The notes under the pieces were generated by a model. That model was not told the origin of the DNA. It worked only from the letters and a program-made list of their open reading frames with translations, and searched no databases. Position numbers and translations under genes: made by a program. From assembly GCA_947496375.1 (NCBI GenBank), contig CANMCY010000003.1, forward strand, positions 11,568 through 75,567: 64,000 bases of DNA, written 5' to 3'. The first letter of the stretch is position 1, and each line of letters starts with the position of its first letter. Source of the DNA: Flavobacteriales bacterium (GTDB lineage Bacteria > Bacteroidota > Bacteroidia > NS11-12g > UBA955). Below, piece by piece: positions 37,566-46,614 of the stretch.

Positions 37566-37573
37566 CAAAGTTA
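37566..37573 (-). promoter_or_regulatory. Candidate -7 promoter box (TAACTTTG on the minus strand)
   Basis: The plus strand reads CAAAGTTA. The box lies 21 nt after the PorV-like stop and immediately upstream of the hairpin, 54 nt upstream of the greA ATG. Confidence 0.35.
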
Positions 37574-37594
37574 GTAATTATTATTCTTTTACGC

Positions 37595-38698
37595 TTAATC
37601 GTCTCCGCCGCCGAGCCCAATTCTTAGACCAAAAGAGTGGGTACCATCAAATGGATTGGTGGCACGGTAGCTATAATCGAGAGAGATTATATTGGACTTG
37701 CTCTTAATATCGTAACTCAGGCCGCCGCAAAGACCGGTGTAGGCACTTGTCCTATTTTCCTCGTCGAATGCGCCCTCCTGGTGAACAAACGCGGTTCTAA
37801 CCGTAATAAAGTTCTTGTAGCTGTATTCCAGGCCCAGTGTAGTCTGGTTAGCAGAGAAGGCATGGTTTGTGAATCCAAATCCAACGGTAAGTCTGTTGTT
37901 GTATGCATCAGGATCACTATCCAGTCTAAAATCGTAGGAACCACTGATATTCAACAGGGAAGGCAATTTGATTTTGTCAACTTTAGGTTGCATGGTTTTG
38001 GAAAAGTCACCATTGGTAATGATGGCTTTGTAGCTAAGACCATCCCCCTGATGACGCATATCAGGTCCGATATTTTTCATGGAAACGCCAAACTTCACAT
38101 CATTCTGCTTCAATTTATTGGCTGTAGGCCTTAGGGTTGTTGTGTACTGCACACCTGCATCAAGACTCATACCCATCGCTCTTGCATCTGGAATGCCCTC
38201 ATTGACTGCCCTTACCACCAATCCGGCAGAAATATTGTTACTAAATGACTTACTGTACGCAAGACCAATATTGGTCATATTAACCCGATAGGTGCCAATT
38301 CCACCATAAGGATTGGATTCTGTAGTAATTTCTATGGGCTTAATACCAAACTGCATTACGCTGATTCCAAAGGTACCCTTATCTCCGTCTTCACCCATTT
38401 TTTGGCTGAAACCAAAGTTGTTGATTGCAATTCCTGACCCTACCAGCCATTGAGTTCTGTGAAAGGCCATTTCGGTTCTGCTGGCACTTCTGTCAAGTCC
38501 TGCGGCATTCATATACATGGCTTCCACTCCGGTGATTCCACCGCCGTTTGCCCAACCCCAGCCACTGCTGCGGGCCCAGCCGTTGATGGACAGTTGCATG
38601 GCTCCCGCCTGCCCTTGTCTTTCGGGATTGCCCGCATGCAATGAGGAAATACCTGTAAGCATGCCTATGCTGATTGCTGCTATAATTTGAGTTTTCAC
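37595..38698 (-). CDS. PorV/PorQ-family (FadL-like) outer-membrane beta-barrel protein
   Basis: Signal peptide ISIGMLTGISSLHA. The N-terminal block GQAGAMQLSINGWARSSGWGWANGGGITGVEAMYMNAAGL follows the G-x-AGA-x-x-L-x-I-x-x-x-AR...NPAGL pattern I associate with PorV/PorQ barrels. The C-terminus is Gly/aromatic-rich (HSFGLRIGLGGGDD). The start is 21 nt after the upstream gene's stop. Confidence 0.6.
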   Translation of the reverse strand: MKTQIIAAISIGMLTGISSLHAGNPERQGQAGAMQLSINGWARSSGWGWANGGGITGVEAMYMNAAGLDRSASRTEMAFHRTQWLVGSGIAINNFGFSQKMGEDGDKGTFGISVMQFGIKPIEITTESNPYGGIGTYRVNMTNIGLAYSKSFSNNISAGLVVRAVNEGIPDARAMGMSLDAGVQYTTTLRPTANKLKQNDVKFGVSMKNIGPDMRHQGDGLSYKAIITNGDFSKTMQPKVDKIKLPSLLNISGSYDFRLDSDPDAYNNRLTVGFGFTNHAFSANQTTLGLEYSYKNFITVRTAFVHQEGAFDEENRTSAYTGLCGGLSYDIKSKSNIISLDYSYRATNPFDGTHSFGLRIGLGGGDD

Positions 38699-38719
38699 TG
38701 TGTTTTTCTTTTAAATTTT

Positions 38720-41700
38720 TTAATAAGTATCCAAATCAATGGCATGCATAATACCATACCAGCGAACAATTTTTTCTCCAAGTCCGGGTGCCTTCACATG
38801 GATAAGGTACAATCCGCTGGAAATGGGTACATTGCTAGCATTTTTCAAATCCCACTCAAAGAAGGTTTTTTCATCTGCCTTGCTGATTTTACGGATGAAG
38901 TTACCCGCCATATCATAAATGGTGATGGTACATGTAGGAGGCAGATTGGTGATTTTAACCCTGGTGTCAATCGGGCTGTTTTCGTATTCACTGTATGCCC
39001 TGTATGGGTTTGGCACTACATTCACCAGATCCAGGCTCTTTTTACCTACTTCTTTACTGATGGTTGGAGCAATATCCGCCGAATTAAAGCTATACATGGG
39101 GCGCGTATTATTGAGGGTACTGCCCGTGTTGAAAGCTGTGTATGCTTTCTGAATATTGATTTTAAACTTCACATCAGTAGGAGGTACACCATTCGTCATG
39201 CTGTAGCCGGCTGTCATGTAGGTAGGAATTACCCACATCGTCTGACTGAGGAATCGGCGTTTTTCAAGCGTTCCGGCAGGGACGTTGGCCAATCCTGTGC
39301 GGAAACGTGCAAAGTTTGCATCGTCCTCACCAAAATAACGATCTCCCTTGATGGCGCGGTTTGGCATAGATAAACCTGTGCCGAACACATAGATGAACTG
39401 CTTACCACCCAGGGCAGGATAATTTCCATTATCATTATAAACCTTATCAGTAGGATTCCAAATCATATCACGACCGTTTTCACCGGCCAGGTAACTGTCT
39501 TCACTAAACGCGATATTCAAGCGCTCACCGGTTTCCATATTAATTGCATAACCCGGGAACCAGCTAAGCCCTGTACTTCCGGACTGTGGGTTCAGATTTC
39601 TGTCTCTGGAAGTACCTGCGCGCATGGAGAACTTGTAGATAGATCCTTCATTGCTATTACGAACTTCATCATCCGACATTTCCAATACTGCGCAGCGGGT
39701 CCATTTGCTTCTGTCCTTGGTTATCACCAGTTCTATACTGGCCACTTCCGCCATTGGGTTATCTGAGGTACCATTACTGGTCCATGCGAAGCCATAGGTA
39801 TTGCGACCATTGCTTGGATTGAATGCTGCTCTGGCTGCCAGGGCATAAGGAGCAATTCGGCCATTCCAGATTCTTTCGTATGCCTGTCCAGGATCCAGAG
39901 CCACACCGCCGGCATCGGTAAAGTCATGCAAATGCGCATCGAAAGTACCGCCGCGTCCATTGGTTCCGGAGCGTATCCAGTTCTGCCAAAGCGCCCCACT
40001 GGTGGCTGTGCTCTGAGCATCGTTGTCAATCACTGCTGTCAGCCATTGTTTACCATTGTCCTCCCATTCCACTGACCAGGAAATCATGCTGTTAGAAGGA
40101 TCGGCTTCTGCATTTTCTCCCGGGTTTTTCACCTGGTTAATCTCAATACTCAGCCCCCAGTCGGCAAGACTTACAGCGGGGTTGGCATTATTGAAAGCCC
40201 GGTATTTTCCAGGTGATGGGTACTCACTGCGACGCCCCTGCAGCGATTCAAATTTAGTTCCGATGGTAGTATCCGCTGCAATCGTATCGCCGCTGGTTTT
40301 ATTCACCAGAACCCAATAAGAATTAGCCGTCATAGAATCACGTAGATTGGCACTTAAACTGGCTGTGCGCTCTTTGAAGTACAATTCAAACTGAGCGTTA
40401 GGAACTTTGAGCGGGTCAATTACTTTCACCGCAACCGGGCCCATTCCACCCATGTATGTTGGGGTATTACTAATACCATCTTTCATAATTTGATCGATGG
40501 TCTCTTTGGTAAATTCAAGTACGTTTCCGCCATTGCCCCTACCTTCAATTCGGGTCAGTTTAGGGCCGCTTCCATACTTGCTGTTCAATTCAGTACCAAA
40601 GTTTTCAGGCTCGGTTTTGTGGGGCACGGCGCGGTAAACCTGGATATTTCTGCGACCCGCAAGAAACTGATTTGGATCGGCCTGCAAGGGATCATCCGCA
40701 ATAATCGAATACGAAAGAACCAGATAATAATACGGTTTAAAGTCTACCAAGTCCGTATTTGAACCCGTTGCAAATAGGTCGGTTTTAATACTATAGCTAT
40801 GCTGTACGCCCTTATCAGCACCATCTACTTTTTCAACGGGGATGAGGGTAGCCAGTTTTGGGTCATAAACTTTATTAATAATCTGGGCTCTGTTATTCTT
40901 GATATCACACTGAAACAGCAGACGTGCTTTATCAATATTATCAAGATCACCCGTATTTACGGTACCATCTTTCAACTGATAAATAAGATACCCTTCAAAC
41001 TTATAGGTTTTAGTTTCGTTGTTAGCGTCTTTGTACGTTTCCTGATACGCTTCCACTTTATCCGAACCTGTATTCAGCATCTTCAGAACCAGTTCCTGAT
41101 TTAATTCCTGAATTTCTACGTCAGGAGCGTTGGGTCCGTCCAATATTTTAAAGTTGTTGTTAAAGAGCGTCTGTGCTTTATCCGAAGCTAATTGCAGCAA
41201 ACGCAGAGAACCGGTACCAAGACAAGGAGAGCCTGCACCACCGCTGGTGGTTCTTGCCCATACTACGCCCACGGTAATGCGCTGCACTTGTCCACGCTTC
41301 AATTCAAAAGGACCTGTACTTTGTATAAACCGACGGTCACCGGGTTTATTGCCGCTTGATTTTTCGTCCCAGCAACTTGACAAATAGTCCGGGTCAGTTG
41401 CAGCGGGAAACATGAATTTTGCAGGCTGACTTCCACCAAATCCGGTACCACCGCGCGTTACGGTCTGTCCACCCAGCCATTTACCCTGTAGCAGGTTATA
41501 GAATTCAGGCGCCAGATTAGGGTTACCTTTGATAGGATCCTGATCGTTGTTGTAGTACATGAAGTGGCTCAGTCCCATTTGGTTTCCGGCAGTATCAGTT
41601 GGTCCTTCAAAATAATCCACTCCCACAGAAGGCGGATTTAAACCATAACCCAAAACACCTTCATCTTCGTCATCTCCATTGTAGCAATATCCAAGACTAC

Positions 41701-42673
41701 GGTTTACATCACAACCCACGTAGTCATCCGCATAGTTACCCAAATCCGCGTCCACCCACTGACCCATGTAACAATCATTCAGGGTCGTAAAACCACGGTT
41801 GATAATTTTGGTTGTGTAGAAGGTCATGTTGTTGACTTCATCATTGGTGGCAAAGGCAAATCCAGTAGTCTGACATTCAACACCAATGGGCTGTCCCTGG
41901 GTTTCAGAGTGAATATTTCCCCGATCATTGAAAACCCACCAAATAAACATATCGGGTTGCTTATCAACACCGTTATCGCTCACAGGGCGTCTTTCGTCCA
42001 ACACAGGATGTTCTCCCAGATCGGGCTCATAAACTCCATCATTGTCAATATCTTTAAATGGTGCCAGATAGCGAGACTCATTACCGGTTTTGGTAGCGCG
42101 GTCTCTTCCGGCAGGCCATTCGCGAATGTCAACGGATTGGGATACATATTTGCTCTCTTCAAATTGTTCCAATTCATCACGAGTTACTTTCCACATGCGG
42201 TTGTAATTCTTACAACGCACGGGATCGGTAGAGGCGGTAGTTGTATCCAGTGGACCGGGCCAGAAGTCGGAACCACGCTGACGGTAGGTCATAGCAGCCA
42301 GTTTCAGACTTCCTCCATTGTCTTTACCACCAATCCAGATAGCACCGGAGAACAGGGCATGCTTACGAACAGCATTAGGGTCTGTTACTTTTGGTATTTC
42401 ATACTTAGGGTTATTCAGATCCCACCACATATCACCGCCATTCAGCAGTTTGGTTCTAACATTGTTTATGTCAAGATCCGCACTGGTAGAGGCGGGTTCG
42501 CAGGTATTAGCGAACATTATGAGGCGCTGATCATCGTTTTGGGCAGGTTTCACCCTTGAAGTACCCAAAACTGGTCTGGCATGGGAAGCCAAAGACATCA
42601 TGGCAGCCGCAATGAACAAAACACTTTTCATTTGATTGGATTTCATTAGATTTCTGTAATTTAAGTAGAGCAT
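38720..42673 (-). CDS. 1317-aa secreted protein of unknown function with a T9SS-type-A-like / FlgD-Ig-like C-terminal domain
   Basis: Signal peptide MKSVLFIAAAMMSLASHA. The start is ambiguous among ATGs at 42673, 42646 and 42631. The first shares one nt with the upstream stop (TAATG). A DxDxDG calcium-type motif is present (KDIDNDGVYEPD). The C-terminal ~100 aa are VVPNPYRAYSEYENSPIDTRVKITNLPPTCTITIYDMAGNFIRKI...WDLKNASNVPISSGLYLIHVKA... Confidence 0.8.
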   Translation of the reverse strand: MLYLNYRNLMKSNQMKSVLFIAAAMMSLASHARPVLGTSRVKPAQNDDQRLIMFANTCEPASTSADLDINNVRTKLLNGGDMWWDLNNPKYEIPKVTDPNAVRKHALFSGAIWIGGKDNGGSLKLAAMTYRQRGSDFWPGPLDTTTASTDPVRCKNYNRMWKVTRDELEQFEESKYVSQSVDIREWPAGRDRATKTGNESRYLAPFKDIDNDGVYEPDLGEHPVLDERRPVSDNGVDKQPDMFIWWVFNDRGNIHSETQGQPIGVECQTTGFAFATNDEVNNMTFYTTKIINRGFTTLNDCYMGQWVDADLGNYADDYVGCDVNRSLGYCYNGDDEDEGVLGYGLNPPSVGVDYFEGPTDTAGNQMGLSHFMYYNNDQDPIKGNPNLAPEFYNLLQGKWLGGQTVTRGGTGFGGSQPAKFMFPAATDPDYLSSCWDEKSSGNKPGDRRFIQSTGPFELKRGQVQRITVGVVWARTTSGGAGSPCLGTGSLRLLQLASDKAQTLFNNNFKILDGPNAPDVEIQELNQELVLKMLNTGSDKVEAYQETYKDANNETKTYKFEGYLIYQLKDGTVNTGDLDNIDKARLLFQCDIKNNRAQIINKVYDPKLATLIPVEKVDGADKGVQHSYSIKTDLFATGSNTDLVDFKPYYYLVLSYSIIADDPLQADPNQFLAGRRNIQVYRAVPHKTEPENFGTELNSKYGSGPKLTRIEGRGNGGNVLEFTKETIDQIMKDGISNTPTYMGGMGPVAVKVIDPLKVPNAQFELYFKERTASLSANLRDSMTANSYWVLVNKTSGDTIAADTTIGTKFESLQGRRSEYPSPGKYRAFNNANPAVSLADWGLSIEINQVKNPGENAEADPSNSMISWSVEWEDNGKQWLTAVIDNDAQSTATSGALWQNWIRSGTNGRGGTFDAHLHDFTDAGGVALDPGQAYERIWNGRIAPYALAARAAFNPSNGRNTYGFAWTSNGTSDNPMAEVASIELVITKDRSKWTRCAVLEMSDDEVRNSNEGSIYKFSMRAGTSRDRNLNPQSGSTGLSWFPGYAINMETGERLNIAFSEDSYLAGENGRDMIWNPTDKVYNDNGNYPALGGKQFIYVFGTGLSMPNRAIKGDRYFGEDDANFARFRTGLANVPAGTLEKRRFLSQTMWVIPTYMTAGYSMTNGVPPTDVKFKINIQKAYTAFNTGSTLNNTRPMYSFNSADIAPTISKEVGKKSLDLVNVVPNPYRAYSEYENSPIDTRVKITNLPPTCTITIYDMAGNFIRKISKADEKTFFEWDLKNASNVPISSGLYLIHVKAPGLGEKIVRWYGIMHAIDLDTY

Positions 42674-45600
42674 TAATTAAAATTCATACGTATACCGATA
42701 CGGGCATTTCTGGGAGCACCAAAGTTGCCTGTTTGAGAATTAAGGAGGATTTTGTACAGATCGGTGTAGCTTTGAGCATCAATCTGGTTGCGCACCAGCA
42801 GCTGTCCGGCCTGAGAATTGAGGAAACCGTCATCCATGGGCTGGCCTGTGAATGGATATACACCCAGTACATTTTGGGTATTGAGTACATTCTGAACCCA
42901 AACAAACACCGTCATAATCAGGGGATTTTCTTTGCCCGAACGTTTCAGGGCAAACCCTTTTTGTATATTGATATCAAGTGTTTGCTGCCATGGCAATCTG
43001 GCACCGAACGGAACACCCTTAATCTGGGCTCTGTCGGTTGCACCGATTTGCACGGGACGTGTTGTTGGAGTGTAGGGTCCACCGCTGTAGGCATTAGCAA
43101 TAATGTTGAAGCTGGTGAACTTGAAAATCTCCTTACCCCCAACGATAGGGCCTTTGTAGAGACTCTTTTTGGTCTTTGGATCTTTTCCTCCGGCCCATTC
43201 CCATGTAGCAGATAACTTAATGTTGTGGCGAATATCCAGTTCACCCAAAGGAATTACATTTCTCAGATTGGGCTGGTTACTTGCAATCAAAGCTGCCTGA
43301 GAATTGATATTGGAACCGGTCCCATCGGCAAACTGCAGCATGTAGCTGGCAAGCAGACTCAAAGGACCAATCTCATTCATTACAAAATTACCACGGAAAC
43401 CGGTGATGGTTGCAAAATCGATGTTACGGAAAGTGTTGTAGGTAACAGGGAAGCCCTGGGCAATCTGATACAAACCGAAATCGCGGCGAATTTCCGAATA
43501 GGAGGCAGACAATTCCAGACCTTTATTCTTCTTACGGCCAAAAATCTGCTTGTATCCCACCTCATAATCTGTTTTAACCCGGCTCTTGAGGTCACCATTA
43601 GAAATGGTGGCTCCCTGACGGTTTTTCAGATAGTACAGTTCGTCAATAGTAAGGAAAGATGCACCATCATTGGGTCTTTGAGCCAAAACATCATAGCTTA
43701 CGTAGAACGTTTTACGTCCGGATTCCAGCGGGAAACTGAACCAGATACGGGGAAGGAAATTCAGAGCAGGCGTAAAGTCGCGTAAAGCTTCTTTGCCCAG
43801 CACAAGACTGTCGGTGTTAGTGGCTACCAGATAAGGCGCTATGCGTCCGTTTGAAGTTTGGTTAGCCAGAAATTCAGGGTTGCGCTGTTCGCTGCCATCG
43901 GCATTATACCAGCGGTCACCGTTGCGGTATCCCACAATTTTGGTTGGAGATTTCAAATCATTTACATACACCGCATAGTTGCTTCCGATGTTATCGGGAT
44001 GGTTGATATCCAAACCGTTGATTTGCTTCACTTCTGCTGCTGTGCGAATGGGATGCAGGGTGTATGGGTCTTTTAGTACAAACTGGTTAGCATCGTAGCT
44101 TTCCATACGCAATCCGAGACGGAAAACCAGGTCTTTGAACTGGAACTGATCCTGCAACCAGGCGGCCATGTATACCGGTCTGAATGCACCAATGGTGCGC
44201 ATGGTAGGATTATTTAAAAACTCTTCAATGGCGGGCTTTCTATACACTTTATTGCCCATGTGGTCATAACCAAAATAACCTACATATCCGTTACCATTGT
44301 TCAGGAGTTCATCCGCAGTGAACATATCTATTGAGAAATCACCGGGTTTGTAGCTGTTAATGTCCACGAATGTGCGCTCGTTAACGGGGTTACCGTACAC
44401 ATCGCGGGCACCCTGTGAAATCAACTTGTTACGGAAGGAGCGATCAAAGTTGCTCTGATCTGCATAATTTATGAGGCGGTTATAACGAACTGTATCAGTG
44501 AATACCCCATTGGCATCATAGCTCAGAATGGGATTATTCCTGTCCAGTTCACTGATATGGCGGTTCATTAACTGCCCCATCAGGATCCACAATCCATTGG
44601 CTCCGAGGTTGTAATTGCGTGAAATTTGCTGTTCGTAATAAATACCAGCCTGCAGGTCATGGGGGGTACGTTCACGGCCACCCACGGTTTTGGGTTTTAC
44701 CTGCATCTGACCTACCGCGAACAATGAAATACGCTGACTTTGGCTTTTGCCATAGTTGCTGGTAATACCGCCCGGTGTACCCCATAGGGAATACACGCTA
44801 TTGGGGTTAAATCCATTCATCAGACCTTGGCTTTGAATCACCTGAGATGAATTTCTGACATTAAATCCACGGCCTGCGTAGTAATCATATACATTTTGGG
44901 TGTAGCGGGCACGCACCGGATTCAGGTTGCTGGGCGTGAATGTCATCAATGTATCGGCATAACCCACCAGCTCCCAATAGTTTCTTAACTGCACAGTATT
45001 TCCGAACTGATCGGTAACGGTACGTGGTTCTTTGTTTGGATTTTGCTGGGCATCATAGTTGGCGTACTGAAAAACCGGCATGGGATAGGACTGGAAGGTA
45101 CCTACATAACCATAATCAAAAATATTGTTGAGGTGGTTAGCGTCGCGCCCCAGCCCATTCACGTCCTGGTATTCCAGACGAGCGGTATAGTAGGCACTCT
45201 TAATACTGCTATTTTTATCCACCTTAAAGTTTTGGGTAAATTGCAAGTAGCTACGGAAGGTCGCATTATCGCCCCGGGCATTGTTCTTGTAATTCATGAT
45301 GGAATTACTGGCTGCAATACCCTGACTGTAGAAGTAGGAGGCATAGCCAGTCACCATGATTTGGTTGTTGGGTCTGAATTCCAGCTTGCCATACATATTA
45401 CCCTGATACAACGGCGAATTGGGTCTGGCTTTTAAACGTTCAAAATCGCTTTCACGCAGATATGCGCCCCTGTGTACAAACCCGTTAGGGGTAAATACCA
45501 GCGGATTCTCTTCCATTTCGCGCAGTTTGTCTTCTTTTACTACATACACACCGGTGCGGGTAGGGTTTGGGTCTTTGAAATAGCCGATGTTACCGTTCAA

Positions 45601-46425
45601 AACAAAACCAAGCTTTACCAACTCTTTGGTGGTACCCGTTTCATCTTTATACTTCTTTTTCCAGATGGGTCCGGAAACATATCCTTCCAACGTGTTGTAT
45701 CCAAAAGGATCCAATCCTTGTGAAGTAACCGCTTCCATGGCTGTCACCAATTTGGCTGTTGCGCCCCGGGAAGTGTAATTGAAAGCACCCCCGGTGAGGT
45801 CACCGTACATGGCCTGAATACCGCCAATATTGGCAGCAATGGCTTCTGTTCCCAGGGTGGGGATAGCACCACCACCAATGGCACGCATACCATCAATGAA
45901 TGTTCCGTTGCCATCCGCGCGGGTACCCCTAACAGAAATACCCTGCCTTGTTGCAACAATGGCTGAGTTGGTGGAAACTACGGCATTTACGCCACGCTGG
46001 CTACCCTGCAAAAGCTGCTTGTTGGATACACCGCGTTCATTTTTCATGAGGTCTACCGGGGTTTTCTTGGCAACACCGGTAATAACCAGCGTACCCATTC
46101 CCTGGGTCATGGCTACTTCCTGCTGATCATTCAAACCCACAGTCAGCGTGAGTTCTCTTTTTACAGGATTGAAGCCCCCTTTTTCCACTTCCATTTCATA
46201 GGTACCGGGATCCAGGGTCTGGAACACGCAATATCCATCACTGTCTGTGGTGTCGGTTTTGGCCAGAATTTCATTTTTTGACATCTTGATAACGGCACCT
46301 GAAACCGGTGCGCCCTTGAATGTCACCTTCACACGAAAATCTGCAAAGCTGGTCTGTGCAACCGCTGCAGCAGCGCTGAGACTGAGGATGGTTACAAAGA
46401 GAAACTTAAGTATAGTTCTGTTCAT
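42673..46425 (-). CDS. Oversized TonB-dependent-receptor-like outer-membrane barrel with CarboxypepD_reg-like N-domain (SusC-like architecture, no SusD partner)
   Basis: Signal peptide LSLSAAAAVAQ. The CarboxypepD_reg-like domain is FRVKVTFKGAPVSGAVIKMSKNEILAKTDTTDSDGYCVFQTLDPGTYEMEVEKGGF. A plug-like block follows (GISVRGTRADGNGTFIDGMRA), then ~1000 aa of barrel ending ARIGIRMNFN. Confidence 0.8.
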   Translation of the reverse strand: MNRTILKFLFVTILSLSAAAAVAQTSFADFRVKVTFKGAPVSGAVIKMSKNEILAKTDTTDSDGYCVFQTLDPGTYEMEVEKGGFNPVKRELTLTVGLNDQQEVAMTQGMGTLVITGVAKKTPVDLMKNERGVSNKQLLQGSQRGVNAVVSTNSAIVATRQGISVRGTRADGNGTFIDGMRAIGGGAIPTLGTEAIAANIGGIQAMYGDLTGGAFNYTSRGATAKLVTAMEAVTSQGLDPFGYNTLEGYVSGPIWKKKYKDETGTTKELVKLGFVLNGNIGYFKDPNPTRTGVYVVKEDKLREMEENPLVFTPNGFVHRGAYLRESDFERLKARPNSPLYQGNMYGKLEFRPNNQIMVTGYASYFYSQGIAASNSIMNYKNNARGDNATFRSYLQFTQNFKVDKNSSIKSAYYTARLEYQDVNGLGRDANHLNNIFDYGYVGTFQSYPMPVFQYANYDAQQNPNKEPRTVTDQFGNTVQLRNYWELVGYADTLMTFTPSNLNPVRARYTQNVYDYYAGRGFNVRNSSQVIQSQGLMNGFNPNSVYSLWGTPGGITSNYGKSQSQRISLFAVGQMQVKPKTVGGRERTPHDLQAGIYYEQQISRNYNLGANGLWILMGQLMNRHISELDRNNPILSYDANGVFTDTVRYNRLINYADQSNFDRSFRNKLISQGARDVYGNPVNERTFVDINSYKPGDFSIDMFTADELLNNGNGYVGYFGYDHMGNKVYRKPAIEEFLNNPTMRTIGAFRPVYMAAWLQDQFQFKDLVFRLGLRMESYDANQFVLKDPYTLHPIRTAAEVKQINGLDINHPDNIGSNYAVYVNDLKSPTKIVGYRNGDRWYNADGSEQRNPEFLANQTSNGRIAPYLVATNTDSLVLGKEALRDFTPALNFLPRIWFSFPLESGRKTFYVSYDVLAQRPNDGASFLTIDELYYLKNRQGATISNGDLKSRVKTDYEVGYKQIFGRKKNKGLELSASYSEIRRDFGLYQIAQGFPVTYNTFRNIDFATITGFRGNFVMNEIGPLSLLASYMLQFADGTGSNINSQAALIASNQPNLRNVIPLGELDIRHNIKLSATWEWAGGKDPKTKKSLYKGPIVGGKEIFKFTSFNIIANAYSGGPYTPTTRPVQIGATDRAQIKGVPFGARLPWQQTLDINIQKGFALKRSGKENPLIMTVFVWVQNVLNTQNVLGVYPFTGQPMDDGFLNSQAGQLLVRNQIDAQSYTDLYKILLNSQTGNFGAPRNARIGIRMNFN

Positions 46426-46614
46426 AGGTCTGTTTTTACTTTAGTCGGTAAAAGCCGTTTTTATATCGGTCTTTCGTTTGCAAGTTTACCCAAAAATCAA
46501 CGATTTAACAAACCCTTAATGAAAGGTGGCAAAAACCTGCTGATTTTGTGACAAAAAGATTGATTTGTAATGCGAAAGCAACAAACCTGTGACAAAAGTT
46601 AAGTCTGATTTACA

